DNA from: Vicugna vicugna
Taxonomy: Eukaryota
Direction: 5' to 3'
NCBI GenBank assembly: GCA_013265495.1
Contig: MU057378.1
Coordinates: 124,001-148,533 of the forward strand
DNA length: 24,533 nt
The notes below the pieces were generated by a model, which saw only the letters and a program-made list of their open reading frames with translations, had not been told where the DNA came from and searched no databases. The position numbers were made by a program, and so were the translations under genes. The first letter of the stretch is position 1; each line of letters begins with the position of its first letter. Shown piece after piece: positions 1 to 9,538 of this stretch.

Positions 1-324
1 TGCAGGACAGGAATTTTCCAAAACTAAAATCGCGTGGTTTCCCTGAGGTAAGGATGATTGACAACATCTCCCGCTACAGATGGTGGAGCAGATGTGCACA
101 CAGGTATGACATCTCGCTGCAGACTAGCCGGCCAATCGGAGAGGAGCTGAGAACTGCATTCTGAAGCAATTATGAATTCTGCCCAGGGAGATCAGAGATC
201 CATCTTGTACAGAATGGTTCCACTTCCAACCACGTTGGAGCCTAATCAAGGACTGCCCACATCTACAACTAATGTTTCCCCAAGGAGTTTCTGTTCAAGA
301 GATCCTTTGGTTAAACAATATTTG

Positions 325-533
325 GGGTTAAGAGCAAAGTCCTTGGAGACAAACAGACCTGATGTTGAATCCTTTGCTCTCTCTGTGAAAATGCAGGCAA
401 ATTGCTGAGCCTCTCTCAGACTCGGGGCTTCACCTAAAATCTAATGCTATGAAGGAATGTTGTAAGTACAAATGAGGAGACGTGATGAGCATGGTGTTTG
501 GCAGGTACCAACACCCAAAAGCGTATTAGTTAC
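325..533 (+). mobile_element. MIR SINE remnant
   Basis: ggttaagagcaaagtccttggagacaaacagacctg...ggcaaattgctgagcctctc...gttgtaagtacaaatgag follows the MIR consensus order (ggttaagagc..ctggag..cagacctgggttc..ggcaagttacttaacctctc..gttgtgaggattaaatgag); highly diverged. Confidence 0.65.
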
Positions 534-817
534 TTTTAGAACTGTATAAACAGTGCCCTGCAAATCATGGCACAAAAACAATTCATTGTGTCCCTTGACC
601 AGAAATAATAAGTAAGGCACAGCAGAATGAATCTTAAAAATTCCTATCAAAGGAGAAGAGCTAACTCGATGATTTGGGAGTTACCATCCAAAATAAGCAA
701 CTGTAAGAAGGATGTTTCTCAGCATTCTCCTGTTTCATCTTTTTAGAAGATGGTAGATTATTTGTTATTCTCCAAACTTCATCATGTGTATTTTAAGATT
801 TAAAATAATTGCTCTTA

Positions 818-962
818 GGGAGGAGGGTATAGCTCAGTGGTAGAGTGCATGCTTAGCATACACCAAGTCCTGGGTTCAATCCCCAGTACCTCCATCAAAA
901 GTAAATAAATAAACCTAATTACCTCCCCCAACAAAAAAAATCAACAAAAAAAAAGAAAGAAG
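818..962 (+). mobile_element. Camelid tRNA-derived SINE (Vic-1-like), copy 1
   Basis: gggaggagggtatagctcagtggtagag (A box), ggttcaatcc (B box), aaataaataaacctaattacctccccc tail, A-rich end; 17-bp TSD taaaataattgctctta (801-817) / taaaataattgctttta (963-979). Confidence 0.93.
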
Positions 963-1054
963 TAAAATAATTGCTTTTAAATAAAATGTTTTCCAGGAAG
1001 ATAGAGCAGATTGATCCCATGCTCCTTGGTGAGATGGTCTGCCTGCCTCTAAGG

Positions 1055-1210
1055 AGCATATTGAGGAAGGATCAAGAACACTGGAGCCAGATATGAGTTG
1101 AAGGCTTCCATTTTGGGTCAACCTTTACATGGGCAAGTAAGTTAACCCTTTTGGTCTTAGTTTTCCGGTATATAGAGTTATAATAAAAATATGTCCTTCA
1201 CAAGGTTTGC
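1055..1210 (+). mobile_element. MIR remnant (second copy at about 1754-1909)
   Basis: ctggagccagatatgagttgaa...tgggcaagtaagttaacccttttggtcttagttttcc resembles the MIR core. Confidence 0.6.
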
Positions 1211-1509
1211 TTCCATAACCTCTCTCCCACCCCTCCCACCCCCACCCCACCACAAATCATGGCACAAAAACAATTCATTGTTTCCCTTGACCAGAAATAA
1301 CAAGTAAGGCACAGCAGAATGAATCTTAAAAATTCCTATCAAAGGAGAAGAGCTAATTCGATGATTTGGGAGTTACCATCCAAAATAAGCAGCTGTAAGA
1401 AGGATGTATCTCAGCATTCTCCTGTTTCATCTTTTTAGAAGATGGTAGATTATTTGTTATTCTCCAAACTTCATCATGTGTATTTTAAGATTTAAAATAA
1501 TTGCTCTTA

Positions 1510-1661
1510 GGGAGGAGGGTATAGCTCAGTGGTAGAGCGCATGCTTAGCATGCATAAAGTCCTGGGTTCAATCCCCAGTACCTCCATCAAAAGTAAATAA
1601 ATAAACCTAATTACCTCCCCCAACAAAAAAATCACAAAAAAAAGAAAGAAAAGAAAAGAAG
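1510..1661 (+). mobile_element. Camelid tRNA-derived SINE (Vic-1-like), copy 2
   Basis: Same A/B boxes and tail; TSD taaaataattgctctta (1493-1509) / taaaataactgctctta (1662-1678). Confidence 0.93.
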
Positions 1662-2084
1662 TAAAATAACTGCTCTTAAATGAATCATCTTCCAGGAAGA
1701 TATAACAGATTGATCCTATGCTCCTTGGTGAGATGGTCTGCCTGCCTCTAAGGAGTATAGTGAGGAAAGACCAAGAACACTGGAGCCAGATATGAGTTGA
1801 AGGCTTCCATTCTGGGTTGACCTTTACATGGGCAAGTAACTTAACCCTCTTGGTCTTAATTTTCTGGTATGTAGTGTTATAATAAAAATATTTCCTTCAC
1901 AAGGTTTGCTTCCATACCCTCTCTCCCACCCCTCCCACCCCCATCCCACCACTTCCAGCTTTATCAAGTCCCTAGAGGTACAAGAAGACACTATTTTTTA
2001 AATTATTTTAAACACATTTATAGAATCTAATGCCACGCATTAGAATTAAAAATAATACAATGTCATGTTTTAAAAGAGAATGTC

Positions 2085-2255
2085 CATGATGAGATCTGGC
2101 CTTTTCTAACCTGGCCTGAAAAACAACACAGCACTAGTACTGCTGCCTTCCACGGATTACAGCCGGTCACTAAGACCCACCCAGATTCAAGGGACGTGGG
2201 CAGGTACCCTACCATTTGATGGATGGAGTGCCAAAAATATGTGGGCATATTTTAA
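2085..2255 (-). mobile_element. MaLR LTR fragment (MLT1 family)
   Basis: gtcactaagacccacccagattcaaggga...ccatttgatggatggagtgccaaaaatatgtgggcatatttt matches the recalled reverse-strand MLT1 segment (gtcac-aaggccagcccagattcaagggg...ttgatgggaggag..gcaaagaatttgtggccat). Confidence 0.7.
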
Positions 2256-2479
2256 AGCAAATATGTAGGCAATATGTTAAAGAGTTCAAAAGAAAAAGAG
2301 AGAGAGAAGAAGGAGGGAGGAAGAGAAACACATGCAGACCTCTACACAAAAAGCTACAAAACATATTTTAAAACAAATATGTAGGCAATATGTTAAAGAG
2401 TTCAAAAGAAAAAGAGAGAGAGAGAAGAAGGAGGGAGGAAGAGAAATACATGCAGACCTCTACACAAAAAACTACAAAA
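2246..2479 (+). repeat. Tandem duplication, 116-bp period (2246-2361, 2362-2479)
   Basis: Direct alignment: 3 substitutions plus one extra GA unit. Confidence 0.97.
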
Positions 2480-2574
2480 TATTAACAAGATTCATAAATT
2501 GAAGACCTCATTATTGGAAAGACACAAATTCTTTTTTTAATATTTAAAAAAATCCCGGTCAACAAACCAGCAAG

Positions 2575-3320
2575 CCAAAATCAACCAATGTAATTGATCA
2601 TATTAACACACTAAAAAAGAAAAAAAATATGATTATCTCAATAGACACAGCAAAAAATTTTTGAAAAAAATCCAATATTCATTCCTGATTTAAAAAAAAA
2701 AAACTCTCAGAGAATTAGGAATAGAAGGGAATCTCCTCAGCCTGAGAAAAGACATCCATAAATTTTTATAGCTAACATCATGCTTATGGTGAAAGAATAA
2801 ATACTTTTCCTCTAACACTCAAACAAACAAAGGATGTTCATTCTCACCACTTCTATTTAGAACTGTAGTGGAGAATCTAGCCAGTGCAATAAGGCAAGAA
2901 AAAGAAATATAAGGCATCCAGATTGTAAGAAAAGTAAAATTCCTTGTATTTGCAAATTACATGATTGTCTATGTAGGAAATCCCAATGAATCTATAGAAA
3001 ATTATCAAAAGTAATAAATGTTTAGTATTGTTACAGGAAAAAAATACAAATACAAAAATCAATTATATTTCCAATATTCTAGCAATTAACAAATTATAAT
3101 TAACAAAAAATACCATTTACAGTAACATCAAAAATATGAAATATTTAGGGATTAATCTGTCAAAAGTTGTGCAAGACTTGTATACTGAAAATGACAAAAT
3201 ATTGCTAAAATACATTAAAGATAAAACAAATGGAGAGATATACCATGTTTATGGGTCAGAAGATTCCATTTTTTTCAGGTGCTAATTCTCCCTAAATTGA
3301 TTTATGGGTTCAATGTAATC
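2575..3320 (+). mobile_element. Old L1M ORF2 (reverse transcriptase region), decayed
   Basis: Frameshifted translation gives ISIDTAK..FEKIQ, SPLLFRTVVENLASAIRQEKEI, FANYMIVYVGNP (from FADDMIVY) and LPKLIYGFNVI. Confidence 0.92.
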
Positions 3321-4333
3321 ACCCACACACCAGCAGGCCAGTGTCAGCCCCAGCACCCCCACAGCCACATGGCCAGTTGTGCCATGACAGAGCCTTGCCC
3401 ACCAGCAAGCCAACAGCCATCATGGGAGGCTGGGCTTGGCAGCCAGCTGGGCGGGGCCAGCCCTGCCCAGCAGCACACCCACAATCATTGTCCTGGCGAC
3501 AACAGAAGGGCACAGGCAGGCCGCCTAGGGGCACCCCTAAAGCATGTAGCTCTGCTGACCAGAGGGGAGTGTGCTGCAGCGCCCCATGGGATGTCTCCTA
3601 TGTAAGGCTACTTCTCCAAGATTGGGAAACAGAACCGATATACCAAATACGTAGACATACACACAGATAATTAGGATATGAGGACACAGAGGAATATGTT
3701 CCAAAAGAAGAGACAAGACAAAACCCCAGGAGAAAAACGAAGCGAAGTGGAGATAAGGAATCTACCTGATAAAGAATTCAAGGTAAAGATGCTCAGTGAA
3801 CTCCAGAGGAAACCAGACGGACACAGTGAGAAGCTCAACAAAGAGGCAGAAACTATAAAGAACCCAGCAGAGCTGAGGAATACAAAATCAGAAATTAAAA
3901 ACACTCCAGAAGGAATCAGCGGTAGATTAGGCGACATGGAGGAATCAGAGAACTGGACGACAGAGAGGTGGAAATCACCCAAGGTGAACAGGAAACAGAA
4001 AAAAGAATTTTAAAAAATGAGGATAGTTTAAGAGAACGCTGGGACCATATCAAGTGTTAAAGGGATCCCAGGAGGAAAAAAGAGGAGAAAGGAGCATAGA
4101 CTTTGAAGAAATAATAGCAGAAAAAGCTCTAACCTAGGAGAGGAAACAGACACCCAGGTCCAGGAATCACAGACAGTCCCAAACAGGACGAACTCAAACT
4201 GGTCCACACCAAGACACATTATCACTGAAATGATAAAAATTAAGGATAAAGAGAGACCCTTAAAATCACCAAGAGAAAAGCAACTAGTGTGTTATAAGGG
4301 AACTCTCGTAAGATTATCAGCTGACTTCTCAGC
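3321..4333 (+). mobile_element. L1 (or HAL1-type) 5'UTR plus most of ORF1, decayed
   Basis: GC-rich UTR, then ORF 3678-4013 MRTQRNMFQ...EIRNLPDKEFKVKMLSEL...ELRNTKSEIKNTPEGISGRL (ORF1p N-terminus/coiled coil), then frameshifted EEIIAE, TPRHII, YKGTLVRLSADFS motifs; stops abruptly at 4333. Confidence 0.92.
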
Positions 4334-4865
4334 GTGAATATTGTTAATTGGTGAACGGTTAATTTAAAACTCAATGAGCCTTTCTGCCGCGGTGTGCGAC
4401 TCGGCTCAGCCCAGTTCAAGATGCTGACAAATTTCAGGGCTGGTGCTTGAAAGAAACTTTTCAAGAAGATGAGGTGTGTTTGAACATGTGACGATCGATA
4501 CACACGGAATAGAGGTTTTGGATTCCTCTGTCCCTTTCATGGTGGTAACAGGGGTGAACTTTTGAGAAGGTGCCAAATATCTGTAACAGCATATATCTGC
4601 CCCATAGAGAATGTCTGTAGAATTCAATTCTATTATTTAAAACAGTTTTTCTACCAACCGGCCCCAGCCTGGAGCTTGACGCAGTAACTTGTCTGATGTT
4701 GTCTACAACTTCCATAAGACAACTTTGTTGACCCCTTTAATTTTAAGTCCCATTTCTTTTGACTGTTTTAAAGATTATATGTCCCAAGGTACCCTTTTAA
4801 AAACTTTATGTGCTTACAATTTTTTTCTATAATAGATCATGCTAATGATTGAATTTGACCCCTTT

Positions 4866-5030
4866 GAAAGATGATTGGATTCCTAAGGGTCAGGGAGGAG
4901 TCTGTTGCAAAGGGCTTGGGGAGTTTTGAAGAACTGTTCTACACTTTGATTACAGTGGTGATTGGATGTATCAAATTTGGGGGTGAATTTTATTGAATGT
5001 AAGTTCTACTTCAATAAATGACTTTTGAAA
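4866..5030 (+). mobile_element. L1M (L1MC/MD/ME-type) 3' end
   Basis: tgcaaagggcttgggggagtttt...tgttctacactttgattacagtggtg...ggtgaattttattgaatgtaagttctacttcaataaa followed by an A-rich tract. Confidence 0.75.
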
Positions 5031-5077
5031 TTTAAAATAAAATAAAATAAAAATCAATGAAAAATAATGAATGAAAA

Positions 5078-5158
5078 TTACCTAAGAGTTAAAAAAAGAA
5101 TGAGTTAGACCTATATGTACCGGATAGAAAGATATCTTAGATATAGTTACATAAAAAG
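5078..5158 (+). mobile_element. Short L1ME/L1MC 3'UTR fragment
   Basis: gttaaaaaaagaatgagttagacctatatgtac...gaaagatatcttagatatagtta resembles the old-L1 3' consensus. Confidence 0.5.
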
Positions 5159-5170
5159 TTTTTCCAGAGA

Positions 5171-5250
5171 GGGGAGGGTATAGCTCAGTGGTAAAATGCA
5201 GGCTTAGCATGCACAAGGCCCTGGGTTCCCCAGTGCTTCCACTGGAAAAA
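5171..5250 (+). mobile_element. Camelid tRNA-derived SINE, short form with damaged B box
   Basis: ggggagggtatagctcagtggtaaaatgcaggcttagcatgcacaaggccctgggttc[aatc lost]cccagtgcttccac; lacks the cctaattacctcc tail. Confidence 0.88.
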
Positions 5251-5371
5251 GTGGAGGGGAAGGTGCCGGCCACAACAGCGACGCGAGCCGCAAGTTCACT
5301 TCAGAGAAAACAGCAAGCACCGCGAGCAGCCCCAGCTCCCACCAACAGGACAGAAGCTCTTCCCACAGAAC

Positions 5372-5536
5372 CAGGAACGGCCCCAGCTTTTGTGGGGTCT
5401 GCACTGAAGTCATTTTTTTTTTAAGAAAAATAATACAAATTATAGTAACCCAATTAAAAATAAGGTCTTAGAAAGGCCCGTGCAAATAAGAGGTCCTAGA
5501 GCTTAAATTTTATCAGCCTCATGGCCAACTTACCGG
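5372..5536 (+). mobile_element. MER53-like non-autonomous DNA transposon
   Basis: cagg..cgg.cccagcttttgtggggtctg...tttaagaaaaataatacaaa...aggcccgtgcaaataagaggtcctagagcttaaattttatcagcctcatgg matches the recalled MER53 consensus. Confidence 0.75.
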
Positions 5537-6169
5537 TACGCAGAATGTAATTAACTATTGCAGAGATGTTGGAGGTAAAAATGCAAGAATTCCCAAATGG
5601 AGAAGAAAGAGAGTATTATAACCAGTAAGAAATGAAGTGTCACCTGTCAGAGGACTGTATATTGTCAGTGATTTTACTTTAGCTTATAGCCTAAAAAAAA
5701 GTGTATGCATTCAAACCATAAACTATTAGAAGTTTACATCCAAGTCTTACTATTAACTTCAAGAACAGCAAAAAGAACGCAGCTCACATTTTTTTCAACT
5801 GATATGTTTTCAATGGAAGATTTCCTCCTGCTTTAATAATATTCTTTATGACAGACTCATTCTAACTTAAGCCTTGGAAAATTACTTGCCATTCTTGGGA
5901 GACTCTCTTGTGGGAGTACAAGGATGTGCTCAGTAGGAGATGAACGGATGAGAACCACACCGGCAGGCACGTGTGTCCAGGGAGTTGGAGCCGAGGCAGA
6001 AGCCAAGGGCATGACATCGGGGTGTTCCGTGAGCTCGGGGACCCTGACTAGTTCACTACCGAGTCCCAGTGTCAGGGACACAACAACCCGCACGAGGACC
6101 ATCATGCACTGAGACAGGGGCTGCGATCACTGCTCTGCCGACAGACAGTGTCCCTCCCCACCGTCCTCT

Positions 6170-6290
6170 GGGAGTGGCTCTTATTCCGTTTATGAAGGAA
6201 GAAAGCCAGGCCTAGCCTGATTAGGTGGCTCACCTGAAGTCACACGGTTACTGAGTGGGAGAGCCTGAAGCTCCTGTCTGCCCGGCAGCC
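6170..6290 (-). mobile_element. MIR remnant
   Basis: tattccgtttatgaaggaagaaagccaggc...ttaggtggctcacctgaagtcacacggttactgagtgggagagcc approximates the reverse MIR core (attttacagatgaggaaactgaggc..aaggtcacacagctagtaagtggcagagcc). Confidence 0.6.
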
Positions 6291-7944
6291 CTTGATAAAT
6301 GCCTATTCTGGGCTTCCTTCATCAAAGCAGAAGAAAGGACAGGAAGGAAAGGGGGAGGGGAGGAGGATGGGAGCAGATGAGACCCTATGCATTCACCCTC
6401 AGGAAGAGGGCCGCTTCCCTGAGGGGTGATGGACGAAACCAACCAGGTAATTATGGTTTCAAGAAGCCTGTGAACTGAGCCGAGCATCAGGACAGGCCTG
6501 GGTACCAGGAGAGCTTCCTTCTCTATGTGCTTTGCATCACCCTCCACCTTGCCCTCTTCTCTCAGCCACACGGGCTCTTCTCCTGGGTTGTGCCAAGAAA
6601 TCTTTGCCCTGGCTGGATGGTTGTCCACACAGTTACCACGGAGCCGTCCATTGTCCTGACCCTTCTTCATCTCTTTGGCTCCTACCTCATTACTACGTCC
6701 AGATCACAGGAACCTCTGATGGGGCTAAGTCCCTAAGGACACAACGTCTTTCCCTGAGGGCTACCACCTCCTAGGGACACAGCCATGGAACTGCCACACA
6801 GTTCCCCTGCAGAGATCTCGCTCGTGGGCTTCTCCCTCCCTTCCTTGTTGGGGTCCTCTCCTTCCTCTCTCCTGGTCCTCAAAACCTGTCGCCTCCTCAA
6901 GGCCCCCTCTGCAACTGGCTGATGCCATTCCCAAAGACCAGTCTTGCATTCCAGCCACACAACTTCAGACCCAGGCAGGATCCCTAAGGCTCAGAGTCAC
7001 ACCGAGAGACCCTCACTTTTTAAAGGATCGGGAAAGGAAGAGCACGAGGACAAAAGGCACAACCCAACATTTCAGCACATTATTCTGCCACGTTGCACTG
7101 GATGAAGGGTGATTCCTGGTGATAGGTCACCGGGCTGAGGAACGTCATAAGATGACCACGTTTGAGGCAGGAGACCCCGATTCTGGTTCTGGGTGTCTTT
7201 GAAATACCCAGTACACGTCTGGCACTCTCTGGCTAACTCTCTGTGGAGCCCAGTGCCAAAGTGCATCATCTTCCCTCTTAGCCATTTCCACATGGATGAC
7301 GGAGCCTACAGGACCAAGTCTGCTTATTTCCAGAACTCTCCTGGGTTCTCTAGTTTCACCAGCATTCTGAAAACCACCTGCAATTTCATGTTGGAAGAAA
7401 AGGACAGGAAAAGAAATTCAGCAAAACATTTCCCCCTAGGAGTAGTTAAGGCCCACAAATTGATTTAAAAGCTTTTGGACATTAAAACAAGTTATCACAG
7501 GTGAAGAAAATTATGCCCCTGGAGCTCAAGGTCTCATTTCCCACAGACCACAATCTCCCTTCTGTTTCACCTGATTCCTGCAATACATTGTTGGACAAAA
7601 AAAATCGGCTTATAAAATATTTAAGAACTTCCAAGAAACTTTCACTTGGAAAACTGCTGAGTTAAACCCTAGATGCTGCCAGCTGGTTAACCCTGTCCCC
7701 AGCGTCCATGACTGCTACCTACTGCCGGAGGGACAGTGTTCTGAAGAGGAGGGTAAACCCCAAATATGGCTCATGGTGTAAGAAGTTTAAGTGCTAAACC
7801 TTTGAGATCTTACCAGACCATGCCATGGGCACTCCACGTGCCTTCTTCCGTGATGTTGGTGGATTTTTGTCCTTGTCGTTTAGATCACAGCGGGACAAGC
7901 TGTAAAACCAGGTCACGGCTCCAGCAAAAGGAAATACATGCTGA

Positions 7945-8057
7945 TGAGTAACATATGAGCGAGGTGCCCCCAGAGCACGTCACCCGGAAATGCCACCTCC
8001 GGGATTCCCCTGGTCACCTCGTCAGGTAGAACGAGTCCTCCCCCCACGGGGAACCCC
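7945..8057. promoter_or_regulatory. Candidate enhancer motif cluster (two NF-kB, ETS, half-CRE, AP-1-like)
   Basis: GGGATTCCCC 8001-8010, GGGGAACCCC 8048-8057, CCGGAAAT 7984-7991, ACGTCA 7977-7982, TGAGTAA 7945-7951, in locally CpG-rich non-repeat DNA; motif evidence only. Confidence 0.35.
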
Positions 8058-8989
8058 ATCTGCTCCCCTCGTTACTGAACACGGGGAGAAACGTCCTCAG
8101 CGAAAGTCTGTGTCGCCTGCATCACCTCTCGCTGCACAAATCTCCAAATGCAGCCCACACTTGCCGTGAGGGTCGAGAGCCTGCAAACAGTTCTTCCTGC
8201 CATCAGTATGATGAAGTTGCATCGTTTTTCATGATGCTCTAAAACCCAAAGTCAACAGAAAACACAGCTGCCCTGGTAATAAACAGGTTACAGTCGACTC
8301 GCCATTGTGGTTCTCCTCCATGATGTTTCAGTTCCAGGTGAGATTCTGGCGAAATTCTGATGGACTTACGGGCAGAAGATCCAGAAATAACCAGTTCCTG
8401 CCTTGTTCACCCAACTTTTTTTCCTGAGAAAGTCTGGACTAAGGGAGGGATGCGCAAAATATAACAGAAGGCTGGGAAGCAAAGTAAAACCTAAATAAGA
8501 ACTAGGAAGATTTCCAGTACTCGCAGTACAGTGACTTTTTGGCAAAGGTTAGATTGGAAAACACAGCATAGGCTCTAAGACCCAAGTTCTTTCTTCCTCC
8601 CCTCACCCTTACCTGTCCCCTCCATAATCTAGGATGGTTGGAGTCCACAGAGCAGGGAGGAAATGCCTTCCTTCCCAACCTCTAACCCAACAAATGGCCT
8701 GGCCAATTCTGATTAACAAAAAGCTCCTCGCTGGTACAGAGCCAAGAGAGGTCTAGGCTGAGGCCAGTCTGATGCACAGGTGGGTAGGAATGCCCCCTCC
8801 CAAAAAATGGCTCTTATTACGGTAAGTAGTGGCTTTTTTCAAGACAAACTTGTATGAATTCAACCCAACTGTTATCAATCATTATTTACAGTCAAAATGT
8901 TGCCACAAGTGTTTTTTTTTTTTTTAAGGACTTACGTTCTGGCATATTAATTAATCTGGCACATTAAGTAGAATATGATAAAATAAGAT

Positions 8990-9240
8990 ATTACGTGCAA
9001 GACACTAGGCTGGGTACTGGAAGCACGCGTCAATAAATAAACACGTAAGCACTCTCTTCAAAGGACTTACAATCTGGAGGAAGAGACGAGAGAAACCATC
9101 AATCCCACACAGGTTGTGATGAGCACAGGGGAAGCTGAGAACCCAGGTCAGGAGTCCTTGGGGAATGAAGGTATCAGGGGAGGCATCAAGGAAGAGGCAA
9201 TGGGTTCCAACAGGGCCTGGATAGATTGGTAAATAGCTTG
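8990..9240 (-). mobile_element. L2 3' end remnant
   Basis: gtgcaagacactaggctgggtactggaagc...ggacttacaatctggaggaagagac...tcaggggaggcatcaaggaagagg follows the reverse L2 3' consensus. Confidence 0.7.
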
Positions 9241-9312
9241 AAATAAATATTATACATTTTCCCCAGAAGGTTAGTGCAGACTCACAACATAAATGGAAGC
9301 CATTCGCAGGGG

Positions 9313-9538
9313 TTTTTTTTTTTAATTTTTTATTGAAATGTTGTTGATTTACAATGTTAGTGTCAGGTGTATAGCAAAGTGACTTAGTTATAGATATACA
9401 TACATATATATTTTTTCTTTTCAGAGTCTTTTCCATTATAGGTTATTACAAGAAATTGAATAGAGTTCCCTGTGCTGTACAGTAGGCCTTTGTTGTTTAT
9501 CTCTTTTATATACAGTATTGTGTGTCTGTTAATCCTCA
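9313..9538 (-). mobile_element. 5'-truncated artiodactyl-type L1 3' end
   Basis: poly-T, then tttattgaaatgttgttgatttacaatgttagt...ccattataggttattacaagaaattgaatagagttccctgtgctgtacagtagg. Confidence 0.9.

Larger units (their letters stand above)
561..1952 (+). repeat. Head-to-tail tandem duplication, 2 copies (561-1252 and 1253-1952; period 692 bp)
   Basis: Both copies start caaatcatggcacaaaaacaattcattg, end in ctctcccacccctcccacccccaYcccacca, and align end to end, each with one SINE and one MIR. Confidence 0.98.

Noticed and set aside
818..895. tRNA gene (Ala-like A and B boxes)
   Set aside because: It continues into a SINE tail, A-rich end and TSD, so it is a SINE head rather than a tRNA gene.
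3279..3670. Overlapping 108-109 aa ORFs as novel genes
   Set aside because: They cross an L1 ORF2/L1 5'UTR junction and are open because the UTR is GC-rich.
4334..4622. Bornavirus nucleoprotein-like element (ILQTF and FQAP resemble LLQMF and FESP)
   Set aside because: Motif spacing does not match, similarity is trivial, and there is no poly-A or TSD; kept only as a search to run.
5855..6112. 86-codon open frame after a possible acceptor (atgacag)
   Set aside because: Weak pyrimidine tract, no recognisable homology, and an equally long antisense ORF.
8200..8363. Box C/D snoRNA (ATGATGA at 8208, CTGA at 8357, ccatcag/ctgatgg stem)
   Set aside because: The stem consumes the D box itself, so kink-turn geometry is wrong; it is long for a C/D snoRNA and I see no rRNA guide or host gene.
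9005..9436. 143-aa minus-strand ORF
   Set aside because: Made of L1 3'UTR and L2 remnants.
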